A stretch of 55,507 bases of DNA, from the NCBI GenBank assembly GCA_001938485.1, contig MQRK01187548.1, forward strand, positions 1 through 55,507. The letters run 5' to 3'. The notes under the pieces were generated by a model. That model was not told where the DNA came from and made no database searches. It was given only the letters and a program-made list of their open reading frames with translations. Positions within the stretch are counted from its first letter, which is position 1; each line of letters opens with the position of its first letter. Source of the stretch: Girardia tigrina. Lineage: Eukaryota. Below, one piece after another: positions 50,344-55,507 of the stretch. Position numbers and translations under genes: made by a program.

Positions 50344-52689
50344 TCATACAATATGTAGCATATTACTCGTGTAATATGGGAATCTACTGTAATAATAAAC
50401 AATCAAATGCATTGACAATATTAATATTTAGAGTTATTATACTGATCAACGCAATTCTAAGAGCAAATCTTTGCTTCCCAATTCAGGCAAAATAATATTT
50501 TGGATGGGAAGAAACATATTCCTTTAGTAAACATAACAATGGTTGCTTAAATGATTTAAATAATAATAAATCACAATAAAGTTTCAAAGTTCAATAATTC
50601 TTTGTTATTATAATACAGAAAGAAATGGACATTGAAAGATGACTCGTTCACGCCATTGATAAAAAAATAAAAATACAAATAATTTGAAATATTGACTTTT
50701 ATTTTGAAACAGAAACTATGCATGTAAACGGAGTATGTATGATCATTATTTCAATGCGTATATACACGTGTCTATGATCAATGATAAGTACAATGATATG
50801 TATCAGATAAAATACCAATGTTCAATTGACGCGGTGTGTCAAACCCTAATTGACCAATGATATGTGACACACACATGAATCATAAATTCTTGGAATTAAC
50901 TCCAATCCTCTATACAAATTCAATGTCTGGAAATCAGAATTTACTTATTATAATTATACTGATTTTATTTAATTTTCACGAAATATTTGTCGACAGATCG
51001 TTACTTATCACTACTATACGTCATCATCCGTAATATTGCTTTTCAATTGATTAATGTATAGGCTATTGATTAATGTATAGGCTATTGATTTAATTAATGA
51101 TTAAATAATTAAGAAAAAATAATAAAAAATCAGCAAAATTATTTTGATATTTTAGACAAAAATGATTGTTTATCAAATATTTATGGTGACTTTAAATGAC
51201 TCATTTAATAAAGAAATCAAAAATATTCTAATTAGAAAAAAATAGAACAAGCATTGTCTGAAACAGTGATTTTCAAGCTGTGAATATGTCGAAGACTTGC
51301 CTAATACCACCGGAGGTATTTTGTTCGTATGATTAGGATTGATAATGCACAAATGTTTTTCAATTGATGACTGCTCTTTTACGAAAATTGTCATTCAAAG
51401 TTGTTGAAGACTTTTAAGAGTTGAATCAAGAATCCCTTTTAATCATCATGTCTATTATTTTTAAAGGAATTTTACGTTTAGGGCCACCATAACAAAGATC
51501 CTTGCATTATACAAAAAAAATTGATATTTGAACTAAACAAATTCAAAATTAAATCACGCTCCTTATTGTGCATTAATGGAAGAGATTTTTGAAGATAATT
51601 AATTTATTTTTCATTTATAACGAAGCCAGATCACATAGTCCCAAGACTAATGCTCTTAAGTATGCTTGCTTAAGTTTCAGAGCTGATGCTTAACATGATT
51701 TCGCAACAAAGTCAAAAAGAATTTGGTTTTGCAAAGTAACAAAATATTAGTTCAAAAAAGTTAGTTAAACGGTTTTATAATGTAACAAATACATGCACAT
51801 GATGCTTAAATATGATGGATGTTTGATTTTAAATACCAATCATGATTGTCCACAGCTGAAATAGTTTTAATTACATTTCCTTTTACTGTATCATTAAAAT
51901 AAAAATCATTTTGAACGTTCATTAACAATTTATAGTTTTCATTACTCCGCGTGAATTCCATTAGTTCCTGTACCATAACTCTGAAATATATATTACTCAT
52001 AATCGCATCACACATTTTCCATTTATATGGATCGGTTTTAGGGATTTTTAGTTGTTGTATTTGTTTGATTAAATGTAGTCGTAATAATGATTATAGTCAT
52101 TAATGAAGTTAGAAAATATAATAATTAATGTGTTCAAAATTATTTTGAAATTGAATGACTGTGGAATGACACAGTGGAATCCGCTTAAGAGATACACCAC
52201 TTAACTTAGCCAAAAGAGCCAATAATGGAACAAAGTAATATCACTACCAATGAAATTGACTATTTTACATGGTCAACATAACGGTTAACGTAACCAAGTC
52301 TAAAAATAATAAATAAATCAATAAACAACCAAAATTAATATTTACTTAATTTAAGTAAAATTAATTAAAAAGTTAGTAATTGTTGCAAATTGATGATAAA
52401 ATTTTTAACTTATTTATTTCTATTGACAATATTTAATCTACTTAAACAAATATATCACCAAATATTTAATTACAACCCCGTGATCTCAAGATCAAATCAC
52501 AGTAATCCAAATGTACTCTTTAATTTCCATTGTTTTTCTGAGGTGAGATATGTGTATTATGATCCGATTATCACCGAACTATACGACAAATGCTACTTTC
52601 AATGATATGATTACATGTGGTCCATAACAATTTCCATTGATTCTCAAATAAACACTCACAAAGACTTTAATCTTATAACGCTTTAGTAT

Positions 52690-53145
52690 TTTTATTACCA
52701 CGTTTTTATTAGCTTGCTTTCTTGTCTCTCTGTTTGTCTGTCTGGAACAAATCTTGCGATTGATTTTTCGACCACTTTCAGTCATCCAATTCAGCTGAAT
52801 TTTTTATACAGGCTTGCTTCCGATGATAATACAATTTGATAAAAAAAATTTGAAAAAAAATAATTTTTTCTAATTTTTTTTGCAAAAAACCACTTACGAT
52901 TATCTACAAATTTATACACTGTATTAAATAGCAATCTTTTCGTTTATTTTCATGAATGAAGTTTTATATAGGCTTGCTTCCGATGACAATACAATTTGAT
53001 AAAAAAAATTTTGAAAAAAAAATTCCTAAATGATAACTAAAAAAAGTTAAATAATATTATTAATAAAAAAATTTTTTTATAAAAACAACCACGTTTATCA
53101 AGCATTACCAATGCACTAAAAAGAGGAAAATAATTTTTTTCTAGA
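52690..53145 (+). mobile_element. Helentron-associated (HINE-like) element
   Basis: SubTIRs CCACGTTTTT (about 52698) / AAAAACGTGG (53191-53200; element may extend to there), TGTTTGTCTGTCTG motif shared with 22780, internal ~60-bp direct duplication. Confidence 0.5.
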
Positions 53146-53444
53146 CATGTGCGAAATTTTATACCTAACCAAAAACGTGGGGCATAGAAATAATCGATTG
53201 TTACTAAAAAGCAGTANNNNNNNNNNNNNNNNNNNNNNNNNNNNNNNNNNNNNNNNNNNNNNNNNNAGAGGAAATAGCAGTTACTAATAGCAGTAATTCA
53301 GAAATCCGCCCCACGTTTTTGGTTAGGTATAAAATTTCTCACATATCTAGAAAAAATTATTTTCCTCTTTTTAGTGCATTGGTAATGCTTGAAAAACGTG
53401 GTTGCTTTTATAAAAAAAAATTTTTATTAATAATATTTTAACTT
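53045..53444. repeat. Long inverted repeat (arms about 140 bp) centred on a gap
   Basis: About 53045-53183 is the near-perfect reverse complement of 53308-53444. Confidence 0.85.
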
Positions 53445-54256
53445 ATTAACTATTTATTAGATTATAATTTAATTTAATAAATAATGTGTTAATAGTTAAA
53501 AAAAACACTTTTAAATAATAATTTCTTTAAATAATTTATTTTTATGCTATTTTAAAATATATAAGTTCGCTAACCCTAACAATTTATTTTGAAAATTTTT
53601 TTACATTTTTCAGATCAAACCAGAACCAAAAATTATATTACTTTATTTTTATTTTTTATTAATTTTTCTTTCAACATTCAGTTATATTAATTTCTTTTTT
53701 TAATTACTAATGACCTTTACTTTTCATTCGAAAATTTTCTTAATTGCGTTTTAATTCCTGACAATTTCTATTTTTAAACATTCTTAAGTAATAAATTTTT
53801 AAAATTTGAAATTAGTTATATTAATCAGTTTAATAATGCAAACTAACGAATGTTGTGGCAATACTTATCCTTTGGACCAATAAGCTTGTAATGATAATCT
53901 GTCGAAATCCATATTAGTATTCTTAATAGAGATTGAATTCTCAAAACGGAGAACTTTAAATCCCTTTTCTGACACTATTTATTTAAAGAAAATTCAACAG
54001 CTTTAATAAACTCTATTGAGCTTTCATCTATATTCTCTATTTGAATTTACAAAAGGTAAGAAAGGTTTAGAACCCATAACAACAAATCTTTTGTGGAAAT
54101 ACTAAATAAGCGCCTGCAATTAAATAAAGACGAGAGTAATTCAGTACTTTCAGATAACTAAATTTATTGTCACTATTAAAAAAGTAAATTCGTGTTTCCT
54201 GAATCTTAATTCTATATTTATAAATAAAAAACATTATTAAAATATGCTGTTTAAAT

Positions 54257-55507
54257 CTACTTGTTTCGAAACTGCGCCAGGACACTCGACTGATGTATTA
54301 CAACATTTGGTTCATTGGCAGTCCGAAAATACTGATCATTTGGAATGGCAATATTTTGGAAAAAGGCTGAAAGAAAAGCTGACTTTATTAGGCAATTAGA
54401 AAGATATCTGTCATGGTTCAGCTGTCTATTGAAATTTGGAACGACGTTATTCAACTGATTGACAATTTTCACAACGTACAATAAGCACGAATGATTCAAA
54501 TGATTCGTTGTGCACCATTCTTTACTAAAAGAATTCTCTTTACCAGTTTGATAAATATCAATCAATCTAAATAGATCTCCGTGTTCATTATTGAATTCAC
54601 TTCTATGATGATTAATAGCGCTTCTCGTGTTTTTCATAACATTCTTTCCATTTAACATTCCGACCATTATATTAACGTATTTCCTAACGCCGACCTTCGA
54701 CCCAACAATGGCCACCTTCCCCAAACTCGGATCAAGTGGCAGTGGTGCAACGTGCCTCCCCAATCTTGATAATCGTCCGCTGTTTTCGTCCAATAACGAC
54801 AAATCAGTAAGCTGTTTAATCGCTTCCTTCAACCGATCATTGTCGGGTCTTTCGATAAACGGAAAATGAAGAATATTACCAATATTCATTAATTTTAGAG
54901 TCAATATCATCGAGCCGAGATTTCCGGTTCTGATTTCCGATTCCGGATAAGGAAGAAATGATTGATTTTCGGTGTCGATTTCAGGAGCAGGCGTCGATGA
55001 TGAAATATAGGGAAATCGGATTCGATTCTCGTTTGGTGTGTTCGGAGGTTGCACAAATCTCTCTTCATACAATCGATAACATCTTCCGCGATTTATTCGT
55101 CCAGTTCGACCTCTTCTTTGATCGGCTTCGGCCACAGACACATAAGTCGTCATCCATCTCTCAACTGCAGTTCTATGATCATAGTGAATTCGCTTAACGG
55201 CCCCGGAGTCGATAACGATATCAATCCCGGGAATGGTCAGACTGGTCTCGGCGACATTCGTCGACACGATTATTTTTCTCTTAGATGGATAAGTGCGAAA
55301 CGCTTTCATTTTCGATCCGCTGTCCATGAAAGAAAACAGCTTTATAATTTTAGATCGTGGGAGATTAGCTCTTCCCAATATGTCACAACACTTCCGCACT
55401 TTCATTTCGCTCTGGAGAAAGATGAGAATGTCTCCTTTCGATGGGGATGTCGGAGAGAAGAGCTCTTCAACAAGCACTCTGATTTGATTCAGATAGTCTT
55501 GTGATGT
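54257..55507 (-). CDS. DEAH/RHA-family RNA helicase, C-terminal half (RecA2, HA2, start of OB fold); 5' part outside the window
   Basis: GDILIFL, STNVAETSLTIPGI..VIDSG, QRRGRTGR, CYRLY, LSRLGRHVAPLPLDP, HQSSVL motifs; frame is open to the window edge. Confidence 0.92.
   Translation of the reverse strand, partial: TSQDYLNQIRVLVEELFSPTSPSKGDILIFLQSEMKVRKCCDILGRANLPRSKIIKLFSFMDSGSKMKAFRTYPSKRKIIVSTNVAETSLTIPGIDIVIDSGAVKRIHYDHRTAVERWMTTYVSVAEADQRRGRTGRINRGRCYRLYEERFVQPPNTPNENRIRFPYISSSTPAPEIDTENQSFLPYPESEIRTGNLGSMILTLKLMNIGNILHFPFIERPDNDRLKEAIKQLTDLSLLDENSGRLSRLGRHVAPLPLDPSLGKVAIVGSKVGVRKYVNIMVGMLNGKNVMKNTRSAINHHRSEFNNEHGDLFRLIDIYQTGKENSFSKEWCTTNHLNHSCLLYVVKIVNQLNNVVPNFNRQLNHDRYLSNCLIKSAFLSAFFQNIAIPNDQYFRTANEPNVVIHQSSVLAQFRNK

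Noticed and set aside
53045-53444. Foldback transposon
   Set aside because: The centre is a gap and the left arm is the 3' part of a HINE-like repeat; tail-to-tail copies or a scaffolding artefact explain it equally well.

Overview
Very AT-rich, gap-ridden eukaryotic (animal) genomic window dominated by nested, mostly decayed transposable elements. The TE spectrum, 42-73 nt introns and a TRAF-like MATH gene are compatible with a planarian-type flatworm genome (inference only). Retroelements: a NeSL/R2-group RLE non-LTR element with Ulp1-like protease domains, several Gypsy relics, a BEL/Pao relic, and two Penelope-like families carrying minimal hammerhead ribozymes. DNA transposons: many Tc1/mariner copies and MITEs, hAT, Chapaev/CACTA-like, piggyBac-like, Helitron and Helentron-type non-autonomous elements. 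Probable host genes are a spliced Ig-domain secreted/surface protein, a spliced coiled-coil+MATH (TRAF-like) gene and a partial divergent DEAH helicase. The most unusual observations are (1) a ubiquitin-like domain ending LRLRGG in frame with the BEL/Pao Gag, (2) an 11.9-17.3 kb block of intronless ORFs (ATR-N-terminus-like, ankyrin, unknown), two of which share an upstream motif, (3) three hammerhead ribozyme motifs, and (4) a Helitron containing a perfect 174-bp palindrome built from flip/flop hairpins. All family assignments come from motif recognition by eye; no searches were run.
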